Source: Eledone cirrhosa (lineage: Eukaryota). Taken from it: a DNA stretch of 64,000 nt. Positions 1 to 11,039 of this stretch are shown piece by piece. The position numbers were made by a program, and so were the translations under genes. The stretch spans positions 62,001 through 126,000 of the forward strand of contig CAXHJY010000424.1 in NCBI GenBank assembly GCA_964016885.1, read 5' to 3'. The notes under the pieces were generated by a model. That model was not told the DNA's origin. It saw only the letters and a program-made list of their open reading frames with translations, and ran no database searches. Every line of letters begins with the position of its first letter. Positions within the stretch are counted from its first letter, which is position 1.

Positions 1-55
1 ATAGTAATAATAATAAATAAGCGATTCTTTGCTTAAACTTTAATCTGTTATTTTA

Positions 56-95
56 ATAAATATATATATATATATATATGGGTGTGTGTGTATAG

Positions 96-177
<82 letters not shown>

Positions 178-190
178 ATATGTGTATATG

Positions 191-245
<55 letters not shown>
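56..245. repeat. (TA)n microsatellite with short TG interruptions
   Basis: Directly visible dinucleotide run; source of the spurious YIYI ORFs. Confidence 0.97.
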
Positions 246-247
<2 letters not shown>

Positions 248-292
248 TATCCAAAATGTTAATAAATGAAAAATATTCTCATAATCAAAATA

Positions 293-359
293 TATATTTT
301 ATTATACATATTTCAAAGGTACAATGGTGTTTAAGTACGTTTTCATCAGACAAAATATA
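293..359 (-). ncRNA. Minimal type I hammerhead ribozyme (left PLE arm)
   Basis: Reverse complement reads TATATTTTGT-CTGATGA-AAACGTAC..GTACCTTT-GAAA-TATGTA-TA-ATAAAATATA: core boxes, stem II and helix I are all present. Confidence 0.7.
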
Positions 360-1716
360 AGATTTGATATGTGACATACCGCTACGGTTTTGATTATTCA
401 ATTCCAGTATTGGCAGTGATTTATTTCACCAAATCTCAACGTTTTATACCACAAATAATATGATAAACTTAAACAAGAAAAGGACGTAGGGCAAGGTAGA
501 AATATAGAAGGGGGATGCAAAGAAGAGGAAAATGTAAGAAATAAAATAAACAAATAAATTAATAAATAAATAAATAAATGAATAAATAAATAAATAAATG
601 AATAAAAGAAGAAAAGAAAAAGGAAAATATGAAATAGAGGGGAGAATAAAAAACCGTTGTATTGAAATGCTAGATAAAATAAGAAATCAAAAATCTATTC
701 ACATATATCAATGAATATCGCTTGTATTGGATTATAATACTTTTATATTATATCTAGATTATTAGGTATAGATTACTTTCTATAGCAATCAAATATTTAA
801 GTTAATTACAAATTTATATAATTTAATTTAGCTCATTCTCGATTATTATAATTTTAAATTTTAAGGTAAGATATTCTATAAATATTTTACTACAACTTTA
901 AAAGAATTAATCTTTAAAGACTAATTAAATAATCATTAAATATGTATTAATATATAATACCTAATACCATGCATATATTCCCATCAATACATATAATATA
1001 TTTTCTTCATTTATTATCCAAATTAATTTAGAAATTCGCTTTATGAAAACTTTGTTATTATTTAATTTTCATTTATTTCTTAGAGTCCAACTGTGGTTAT
1101 ATTTACTCTCTATAATTTTATTTCATTTAATGAATGGTTATATTGACTTCTGTATTTAATTATTCTGATATATATAGTTTCCTTTTAATGATAGTCTATG
1201 TATTATTAAACTATTAATCATTATTTATTAATCCATATTTCATATTTTATATGATTTTTCAAAAAAACATTTTTACGGACAATGTAAACAAAAGGAAGAT
1301 AACTCATTCACAATATACAAGCATTTTTAACTTATAGGGAATCTCCTCTCTCACGTCCAGTGATATTTTAAAAGCCTTAAATTATCTATTGTATATATCC
1401 TAATTGATGCCTAATTAAATATTGAACTATCCTAATCAAAGTATAGGATAAAAAGACTCTTAATGAAATTATTCTATTACATATTCTATTACATATCAAT
1501 AAATTATTACTTCAATTAGGCAAAATTTATATATATTTAAATTATCAATTGTTCTTATTTTTTTAAAACTGGTACATTGCCTGGAAAGTTTTACTAATTT
1601 TATGATGACAACTACTAAATAATTCATTTATTTTGTTGATTAAATTGTCATAGTTTGTGATTATCTGAAGAATCTCTTCATTGCAAAGATAGCAAATTTC
1701 TGAGATTGTTGAGTTC

Positions 1717-3575
1717 ATTAATAATGAGGCATTCAAAATTATCACCAATCTTGGAATAGAGCAGAAAACAGAACCTTTCATACCAAAACAGCCGCGGATT
1801 AATTTTAAGGAGCATAAAAGAAACTTTGAGGAGGATTTACCAGTTAGACTTATAGCACCGTCTAAATCCGATCTTGGAATAATTAGTAAAAATATAATAA
1901 ATAGCATTTTACCAACACTTAAATTGAAATCCCAGCTAAATCTATGGAAAAGCACACGTGAAGTTATAGATTGGTTCAAAAATATTAAACATAAAAATAA
2001 TTATAAGTTCATTCAAATGGATATAGCCAGTTATTATTCCTCGATAACTCCCAATCTATTAAATAAGGCGCTATCATATGCATATAAACACACAGACCTA
2101 TCTAGTGAGGAGATAAATATTATATTAACACCTAGGCGAACCTTGATTGATTTTAATAATAATCTTTGGACTAGGGCAGATAGACCGAAGAATTTTGACA
2201 TTACGATGGGTTCGTCAGATTCGACTCAAGTTACAGATTTTGTGGGCATTTTTATCCTTAACATGATAAATAGACAATTTCCGAAGATTACCGGAGGTTT
2301 ATACAGGGACGACATACTATTTATTGTAGAAAAACATAACAATAGTGAATTAAATTGAGTAAAGAAAGCAATTATAGAATTTTTTTTAAATTATGACCTG
2401 AAATTAGAAATAGAAAATAATAATAAAATAATCAATTTTTTAGATGTGACTCTTAATCTGAACTCAGGCCTTTATTATCCTTTCCATAAAGTCAATAAGA
2501 ACTTAAGTTATGTTAGTTTTTATTCTAATCATTCTAAAAGTGTTAAGAATGCAATAGTCAACAGTGTACAACAACGAATATCCAGGCTATCTGCTAATAG
2601 ATCCATATTTAATAGTAAGGCTCTATATTACAATGAAGCGTTACATAAAGCTGGATATAGCAATACCATTGAGTTTATAGATAAAAATACAGAAATCCAT
2701 CAAAATAAAATTAATTATAATCATAATAATCATAATAAAAATGAATATAAAAACAACAACTGGATGGATAAATCGAAGAAAAAAATAAGAATTAGATCTA
2801 TAATTTGGTATGCTCCGCCAGCATCTTTAGCTATTAAAACACCTTTAGCACATTTATTTTTTAAAGCTTTGCATAAATGCTTCCCTAGATCTCATAAATA
2901 TTACCCTATCTTCAATAGACACACAGTTAAACTATCTTACTCAACAACTATGAATATTGCTCAAAATATAGCAAAAATAAATAATAAAAATCTTAAATTG
3001 AATCAACCTCTAATTGGCAATAATAATAATAATAATATATTAGTTAATAGAAATAACAATAATAATAGTTTAAACACGAATAATAGTAGAACGCCTTTAA
3101 ATAGCAATGTGAATAGTATAACGTCTGTAAATAACACTGAGAAGAAATATAATTGTAGAAAGAGGTCTGAATGTCCTTTACAAAATAATTGCCTTGACAA
3201 AAATATAGTATATAAATGTACCAGTAAGGCAAATAATAATATATATATAACTACATAGGTGCCACCTCATCTAAATTTAAGGAACGTTGGTATAATCATA
3301 CACATACTTTTAATAGACCGGATAAGAAATTTTCAACTTCACTTTCACAATTAATATGGTCTTTAAAGGACAATAATATTAAATACTCCATCTTTGGAGG
3401 AAATTAAGGTATGCAACATCCAACCAGAACTCAACGATCTCAGAAATTTGCCATCTTTGCAATGAAGAGATTCTTCAGATAATCACAAACTATGACAATT
3501 TAATCAACAGAAAAAATAATTATTTAGTAGTTGTCATCATAAAATTGGTAAAACTTTCCAAGCAATGTACCAGTT
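1717..3575 (+). pseudogene. PLE reverse transcriptase + GIY-YIG endonuclease, disrupted
   Basis: RT motifs FIQMDIASYYSSI, FDITMGS, GLYRDD, INFLDVTLNL; linker CNCxxxxxCPLxNNC-like; EN motifs NIVYKC / YIGAT (after frameshift), CxLC and CHH. In-frame TGA at 2356-2358 and frameshifts near 3250 and 3395. Confidence 0.9.
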
Positions 3576-4760
3576 TAAAAAAAAATAAGAACAATTAATA
3601 ATTTAAATATATATAAATTTTGCCTAATTGAAGTAATAATTTATTGATATTTATATGTAATAGAATAATTTCATTAAGAGTCTTTTTATCCTATGCTTTG
3701 ATAGTTCAATATTTAATTAGGCATCAATTAGGATATATACAATAGATAATTTAAGGCTTTTAGATATCGCTGGACGTGAGAGAGGAGATTCCCTATAAGT
3801 TAAAAATGTTTACATTGTCCGTAAAACCTTCTTTTTGACTAGCTTGAAAAAACATATAAAATATGAAATATGGATTAATAAATAATGATTAATAGTGTAA
3901 TAATACATAGACTATCATTAAAAGGAAACTATATATATCAGAATAATTAAATACAGAAGTCAATATAACCATTCATTAAATGAAATAACATTATAGAGAG
4001 TAAATATAACCACAGTTGGACTCTAAGAAATAAATGAAAATTAAATAATAGCAAAGTTTTCATAAAGCGAATTTCTTAATTAATTTGGATAATAAATGAA
4101 GAAAATATATTATACGTATTGATGGGGATATATGCATGGTATTATATTTTAATATATATTTAATGATTATTTAATTAGACTTTAAAGATTAATTCTTTTA
4201 AAGTTGTAATAAAATATTTATAGAATATCTTACCTTAAAATTTAAAATTATAATAATCTAGAATGAGCTAAATTAGATTATATAAATTTGTAATTAACTT
4301 AAATATTTGATTGCTATAGAAAGTAATCTATACCTAATAATTTGGATATAATATAAAAGTATAATTAGCTAAAGCGTAATCCAATACAAGCGATATTCAT
4401 TGATATACATGAATAGATTTTTGATTTCTTATTTTATCTAGCATTTCAATACAACGGTTTTTTATTCTCCCCTCTATTTCATATTTTCCTTTTTCTTTTC
4501 TTCTTTTATTCATTTATTTATTTATTTATTCATTTATTTATTTATTTATTTATTTATTAATTTATTTGTTTATTTTATTTCTTACATTTTCCTCTTCTTT
4601 GCATCCCCCTTCTATATTTCTACCTTGCCCTACGTCCTTTTCTTGTTTAAGTTTATCATATTATTTGTGGTATAAAAACGTTGAGGTTTGGTGAAATAAA
4701 TCACTGCCGATACTGGAATTGAATAATCAAAACCGTAGCAGTATGTCACATCTCAAATCT

Positions 4761-4827
4761 TATATTTTGTCTGATGAAAACGTACTTAAACCCCATTGTA
4801 CCTTCGAAATATGTATAATAAAATATA
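4761..4827 (+). ncRNA. Minimal type I hammerhead ribozyme (right PLE arm)
   Basis: TATATTTTGT CTGATGA(4771) AAACGTAC...GTACCTTC GAAA TATGTA TA ATAAAATATA; stem II has mismatches. Confidence 0.65.
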
Positions 4828-5031
4828 TATTTTGATTATGAGAATATTTTTCATTTATTAACAATTTGAATAATATTAAATACTCCACGAATATCTCTTG
4901 TCGAGTGCTTCTAATCTATTGTAAAATTGTATTTGTTGATTAATCAATGAACCATATTTAATCTTTGGATATATGTATATATATGTATAAATATGTATAT
5001 GTATATATATATATACGTATATAGTAGTAAT

Positions 5032-5212
5032 AATTGTTTCTACTTTTGGCACAAGGCCAGCAATTACCCAGTGCATTACTGGTACTTTATTTTATCGACC
5101 TCGTAAGGATGAAAGGCAAAGTTAACCTCGGCGGGATTTGAACTCAGAATGGCAAGAGCCGTAACTATGCGTCAAAGCATAGCATCCGACCCTCTACCGA
5201 TACTGCCAATCC
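5032..5212 (-). mobile_element. tRNA-derived SINE (A/B boxes, Nin/Deu-like central domain, AAT tail)
   Basis: Minus strand has A-box TGGCAGTATCGG, B-box GAGTTCAAATCC and core GCCTTTCATCCTTACGAGGTCGATAAAATAAAGTACCAG. Many further copies in the window. Confidence 0.85.
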
Positions 5213-5334
5213 AGTAGTAATAATAATATGAAGACTAAAATTCTGATTATATATGTTAAAAAATATATATACATGTGTGTATATATATATATATGTATGT
5301 GTGTGTATGTGTATATGTACTCATAGAGTGTGCG

Positions 5335-5424
<90 letters not shown>

Positions 5425-5502
5425 ATATATATTTATATAAGTGTATGTGTGTGTGTGTGTATAAGTGTATATATGTATGTCCAGGTATATATATATATAT
5501 AT

Positions 5503-6285
5503 ATAAATAAAGTTAGTCCTTCATCAGTGATCTTCCAACCATCATAGGTATTTCATCGCTTTAAAGATCATATACCTCCGGTTGGTGCGAGCAACGGCTA
5601 AAAAAAGTCGTTGGGACACGTAAATAAAGGGGACACGAGAGTGTAAACAAACAAAGATGGTGAAACAACGAAAAGTGAGGAAGAAGGAGTAAAGTCCCAA
5701 ATTTCCATGAATATGTGACCCGTCTATTTCGTTCTTACTGCTTCCTCTTTCTCTGTATCTATACCCTCTCTAACAGTCACACTCTCTGTTAGCCTCTTCC
5801 TCACACTTCTACTCACTCACTCTCTGTTACTACCTCTCCTCCTACTCCTTCTTCCCGTTTGACCTGTGCGTAATTCTTTTCTTTCGCACCCTTGGTCAGG
5901 CAGGTCGCGTTTTTTCTCTCTCGTCTACGATTTCACAGAACTTACGTTCACCAAATTCACAGACTAGATCCCTTCTTCCTCCCGTTAGACCTGTACGGAA
6001 TTCCTTCCTTGCTCACATTGCAACCAGGCTTGATGGTCTTTATTCTCTCTCGTTCACGATTTCACCGAACTTATATTCATGGAAATTTGGGACTTTACTC
6101 CTTCTTCCTCACTTTTCGTTGTTTCACCATCTTTGTTTGTTTACACTCTCGTGTCCCCTTTATTTACGTGTCCCAACGACTTTTTTTAGCCGTTGCTCGC
6201 ACCAACCGGAGGTATATGGTCTTTAAAGCGATGAAATACCAATGATCGTTGGAAGATCACTGATGAAGGACTAACTTTATTCATA
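5503..6285. mobile_element. Non-coding foldback element with ~210-bp inverted arms (5503-5714 / 6074-6285), probably PLE-derived
   Basis: The arms are reverse complements and each ends in CTGATGAAGGACT (5' half of a hammerhead). Internal diverged ~120-bp duplication; flanked by TA runs. Confidence 0.65.
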
Positions 6286-6334
6286 TGTAACCCATTAGCA
6301 ACCACGCAGCACGTTTATTCTCATATTTATATAT

Positions 6335-8419
6335 GTACACAGCTAAGTATTCTATAAGTCTCTAGCTGTGTCATTCTCGATAAAAGCACTGGATATGTAG
6401 TCCTGATGAATTCTAACAAGAATGAAACGCGTAGATTACTTCCCTTGCTTTTATCGAGAATCTAATTGTAATACGTGACGTATTCTATTCTATAGCGATT
6501 AGGTCTTCAAAATGTTTATTATAAACATACAGAATATTTTCGAATATTCTATGTCTATACTCACATATATATCGCTATTTCAGAGCATTTATTCCAATTT
6601 CTAATTTCTGCCGGACCGGCAACCGCTCTTTCAAACCAGTTCCAGTACACAGCTAAGTATTCTATAAGTCTCTAGCTGTGTCATTCTCGATAAAAGCACT
6701 GGATATGTAGTCCTGATGAATTCTAACAAGAATGAAACGCGTAGATTACTTCCCTTGCTTTTATCGAGAATCTAATTGTAATACGTGACGTATTCTATTC
6801 TATAGCGATTAGGTCTTCAAAATGTTTATTATAAACATACAGAATATTTTCGAATATTCTATGTCTATACTCACATATATATCGCTATTTCAGAGCATTT
6901 ATTCCAATTTCTAATTTCTGCCGGACCGGCAACCGCTCTTTCAAACCAGTTCCAGTACACAGCTAAGTATTCTATAAGTCTCTAGCTGTGTCATTCTCGA
7001 TAAAAGCACTGGATATGTAGTCCTGATGAATTCTAACAAGAATGAAACGCGTAGATTACTTCCCTTGCTTTTATCGAGAATCTAATTGTAATACGTGACG
7101 TATTCTATTCTATAGCGATTAGGTCTTCAAAATGTTTATTATAAACATACAGAATATTTTCGAATATTCTATGTCTATACTCACATATATATCGCTATTT
7201 CAGAGCATTTATTCCAATTTCTAATTTCTGCCGGACCGGCAACCGCTCTTTCAAACCAGTTCCAGTACACAGCTAAGTATTCTATAAGTCTCTAGCTGTG
7301 TCATTCTCGATAAAAGCACTGGATATGTAGTCCTGATGAATTCTAACAAGAATGAAACGCGTAGATTACTTCCCTTGCTTTTATCGAGAATCTAATTGTA
7401 ATACGTGACGTATTCTATTCTATAGCGATTAGGTCTTCAAAATGTTTATTATAAACATACAGAATATTTTCGAATATTCTATGTCTATACTCACATATAT
7501 ATCGCTATTTCAGAGCATTTATTCCAATTTCTAATTTCTGCCGGACCGGCAACCGCTCTTTCAAACCAGTTCCAGTACACAGCTAAGTATTCTATAAGTC
7601 TCTAGCTGTGTCATTCTCGATAAAAGCACTGGATATGTAGTCCTGATGAATTCTAACAAGAATGAAACGCGTAGATTACTTCCCTTGCTTTTATCGAGAA
7701 TCTAATTGTAATACGTGACGTATTCTATTCTATAGCGATTAGGTCTTCAAAATGTTTATTATAAACATACAGAATATTTTCGAATATTCTATGTCTATAC
7801 TCACATATATATCGCTATTTCAGAGCATTTATTCCAATTTCTAATTTCTGCCGGACCGGCAACCGCTCTTTCAAACCAGTTCCAGTACACAGCTAAGTAT
7901 TCTATAAGTCTCTAGCTGTGTCATTCTCGATAAAAGCACTGGATATGTAGTCCTGATGAATTCTAACAAGAATGAAACGCGTAGATTACTTCCCTTGCTT
8001 TTATCGAGAATCTAATTGTAATACGTGACGTATTCTATTCTATAGCGATTAGGTCTTCAAAATGTTTATTATAAACATACAGAATATTTTCGAATATTCT
8101 ATGTCTATACTCACATATATATCGCTATTTCAGAGCATTTATTCCAATTTCTAATTTCTGCCGGACCGGCAACCGCTCTTTCAAACCAGTTCCAGTACAC
8201 AGCTAAGTATTCTATAAGTCTCTAGCTGTGTCATTCTCGATAAAAGCACTGGATATGTAGTCCTGATGAATTCTAACAAGAATGAAACGCGTAGATTACT
8301 TCCCTTGCTTTTATCGAGAATCTAATTGTAATACGTGACGTATTCTATTCTATAGCGATTAGGTCTTCAAAATGTTTATTATAAACATACAGAATATTTT
8401 CGAATATTCTATGTCTATA

Positions 8420-8421
<2 letters not shown>
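6335..8421 (+). repeat. Perfect tandem array, 310-bp unit x ~6.7, one hammerhead ribozyme per unit (retrozyme-like)
   Basis: GTACACAGCTAAG recurs at 6335, 6645, 6955, 7265, 7575, 7885 and 8195; I saw no differences between units; both ends abut TA runs. Confidence 0.97.
6373..6461 (+). ncRNA. Type I hammerhead ribozyme, copy 1 of 7 (others at multiples of +310, last 8233-8321)
   Basis: Helix I GTAGTC/GATTAC extended by ATTCTCGATAAAAGCA/TGCTTTTATCGAGAAT; CTGATGA 6403-6409; stem II ATTCT-AACA-AGAAT; GAAA 6424-6427; palindromic CGCG stem III; GUA cleavage after 6433. Confidence 0.92.
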
Positions 8422-8487
<66 letters not shown>

Positions 8488-8489
<2 letters not shown>

Positions 8490-9190
8490 CAAAGTTATGT
8501 TCAAATAATTTAATTGCTGACAATCGTTTCTTCCAAACTTTCGTTTGGTGTCATCGGAGCATTAGCAATGTTTGTACATATAATTAACCTCCTATTCAAC
8601 TGAACAATCATATAAATACATATATATTGATGTTGTGAACAACAGTTTCGTATTTACAGGGTGTAATGGATGCGACATATATTATACGAGAATTGTACAA
8701 AAATTAAAATTAAAAGCAAATGTGTTAGGACACATTTGCTTGGTATTTTATGTGATACCTTTTCCATACAGTATTTATTTATTTATTTATATATGCCTAA
8801 TACATTTGCTTGCCTACTTCTCATATATACGACTAACGCATGTGCACTTTCTACACGCTTGCATATGTACTGCTAATGTCCTCATTCTTTCTCAATGCCT
8901 CTTTAATTATTAGACTATTATCTTGTATTATCTGTTGCATGTATTCCACTCTGTGCTTTTAATTTGAATTTGAACTTTTGTACAATTCTCATATAATATA
9001 TGTCGCATCCATTCCACCCTGTAAACACGAAACTGTTGTTCACAACATCAATATATATGTATCTATATGATTGTTCAGTTGAATGGGAGGTTAATTATAT
9101 GTACAAACATTGCTAATGCTCCGATGATTCCAAACGAAAGTTTGGAAGAAACGATTGTCAGCAATTAAATGATTTGAACATAACTTTGAT
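8488..9190. mobile_element. Non-coding foldback element with ~220-bp inverted arms (8488-8718 / 8954-9190) carrying hammerhead-like motifs
   Basis: The arms are reverse complements; the element starts at a (TA)n run; no coding capacity. Confidence 0.75.
9117..9163 (+). ncRNA. Hammerhead ribozyme variant (CCGAUGA core); mirror copy at ~8515-8561 on minus strand
   Basis: TGCT-CCGATGA-TTCCAAAC-GAAA-GTTTGGAA-GAAA-CGATTG-TC-AGCA: perfect 8-bp stem II, GUC site, U4C substitution in both arms. Confidence 0.7.
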
Positions 9191-9353
9191 AATTGTGTAA
9201 TTTATATTCCTGCTCTGTAAAACACCTGTTGTTCTTACATTGAGCTATTTCTCTTATTGGTAATAAGGTAGTAAGAAATTACTGACCTTTCCTGTTTATA
9301 GTTGTTTATAGTATATACATAACTATAAATAGTATCATTATATATATATATAA

Positions 9354-10835
9354 ATGTGGTACTGCTCCACCGAGAAACTTTTTGAATATTTAGACACCAT
9401 CCTCTCCCCGTTGGTCGGCAATGTCCCCTCCCACATCCACGGTACAAATCATGCCCTTAGACTCTTCAACTCTTTCTCCTTCCCTCCTGGTCCCTCACGC
9501 CTTCTGGACATCACTTCTCTCTATACCGTCATCCCTCATGATGACGGCCTCCGCGCTCTCCAGCATTTTTTAGATTTACGCCCTACCCCATTACCCCAGC
9601 ACTACCACTCTTCTCCGTCTGGCTGAGCTTGTTCTCACACTCAATGGATTTTCTTTTTCGGGTGAATTTTATCATCAGGTCTCTGGGGTAGCGATAGGAA
9701 CCAGAATGGTTCCGAACTATGCCAACTTGTTTGTTGGCTACGTCGAAGCCCAGATCTTCTCCCAGTATGCTGGACCGACTCCTGAGCTATACAGTCGTTA
9801 TATCGACGACTGTATCGGCGCCACCTCTCTACCACGAGAACAGCTCGACTGTGTTCTTTCTTTTGTCCAATCTTTCCACCCTGCTTTCAATTTCACCGCC
9901 TCCGTTTCCGATTCTTCTGTCGCTTTTCTAGATATCTCTCTATCTATTAATCACTTTCACCACACCCTCTCTACTTCCATCTTCATTAAACCAACAGACT
10001 ACCAATCTTATCTCGACTTCCCCTCCTCCCATCCAACCCACACCAAACACTCCATAGCCTATTCCTAATACCTCCGTTTTCGTCGACTCTGTAGCCAGGG
10101 CGACGATTTCGAAATCCATTCCCTTCGCATGGCTTCCTGCTTCATCCAGCGTGGATATCCCCCTCCCTGATCCAAGCTGCTCTCACTCGCGCCTGTGAAA
10201 CAGACCGCACCACAGTCCTCTCACCTCACCCACGCCCTCCCAACACCTGTGTTCCTTTCCCTCTCACCTACCACCCCATCACCCTACCACTCCGTTCCTT
10301 CCGTATCCTCTCTTCTGACCCCGTCACTTCTCGCTTTTTTCCAAACCCACCCGTTACTGCTTTTAAGCCCTCCCGCAACCTCCGCGACCTCCTGGTTCAC
10401 TGTTCCTTTTCGTCCTCTCCCACGACTCCGCCCGGCTCTCATCCTTGTTCTCGTTCTCGCTGCAACACTTGTCCCTTTATTTCCACCCTCACCACTCTTA
10501 CAGGCCCTAACGGGTCTTTCTGTATCCGCCATTTCTTCACCTGCACATCCACCCACGTTGTCTATGCCCTTCGGTGTTCCCTTTGCGGGTGTTTATATAT
10601 CGGACAAACGGGACGCCGTATGGCGGACCGTTTTGCCGAACATTTGAGGGACATACGACTCGGTTTGGATACTCCTGTCGCTCGTCATTTCTGTTCTCCT
10701 GGTCATTCTGCCCTACATGTTTCAGTCCTGGGTGTCCTTTTACATCATGGATCACAGGCTTCGCGCACCAGTCTGATTCACCCCCTTGGGTCCTATTCCC
10801 CTCTTGGACTCAACTCACCTACCCAATTTCTCTAA
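9354..10835 (+). mobile_element. Degenerate Penelope-like element (RT + GIY-YIG; Neptune/Poseidon-like)
   Basis: LDITSLYTVIPH, YHQVSGVAIGT, YSRYIDD, VAFLDI, KPTD..SYL..SSHP and VVYALRC..C..YIGQT..RFAEH across shifted frames. Confidence 0.88.
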
Positions 10836-11039
10836 TACCCCGTCCATTATCACACCCGTAGATTCCTTTTAAATGTTTTGCATAAATAGTAAATGAAAAA
10901 TGGACCAGACTGCGAGACAGGTTTTAACAAATATATTAAAATATATGAAATCCGGTCAATGCAAAAGTGTATCAAATTATGTACATAAAGTTATACTTAC
11001 TTTCAGCTATATGGATCAGTACAAAACCTACAAAAGATC

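Larger units (their letters stand above)
246..4875 (+). mobile_element. Penelope-like element (Naiad-type EN), 5'-truncated, with ~1.45-kb inverted terminal arms (246-1716 and 3427-4875)
   Basis: The left arm is the reverse complement of the right arm (e.g. GCAAAGATAGCAAATTTCTGAGATTGTTGAGTTC ending at 1716 vs GAACTCAACGATCTCAGAAATTTGCC starting at 3427). The interior encodes a PLE RT and a GIY-YIG endonuclease, and each arm carries a hammerhead. Confidence 0.9.

Noticed and set aside
48-360. YIYI, ERER, LSLS and THTH ORFs here and elsewhere
   Set aside because: Translations of (TA)n, (CT)n and (CA)n microsatellites.
2356-2358. In-frame TGA in a Naiad-type PLE read as selenocysteine (known in some Naiads)
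   Set aside because: It falls at a position where I expect Arg (CGA>TGA decay), not a conserved Cys; the copy also has frameshifts, and I could not identify a SECIS.
5032-5212. tRNA gene
   Set aside because: A and B boxes are present, but no cloverleaf is evident and it continues into a SINE body with many diverged copies.
6335-8421. CRISPR-like array
   Set aside because: Units are identical over their full length, with no unique spacers and no cas genes; the context is eukaryotic.
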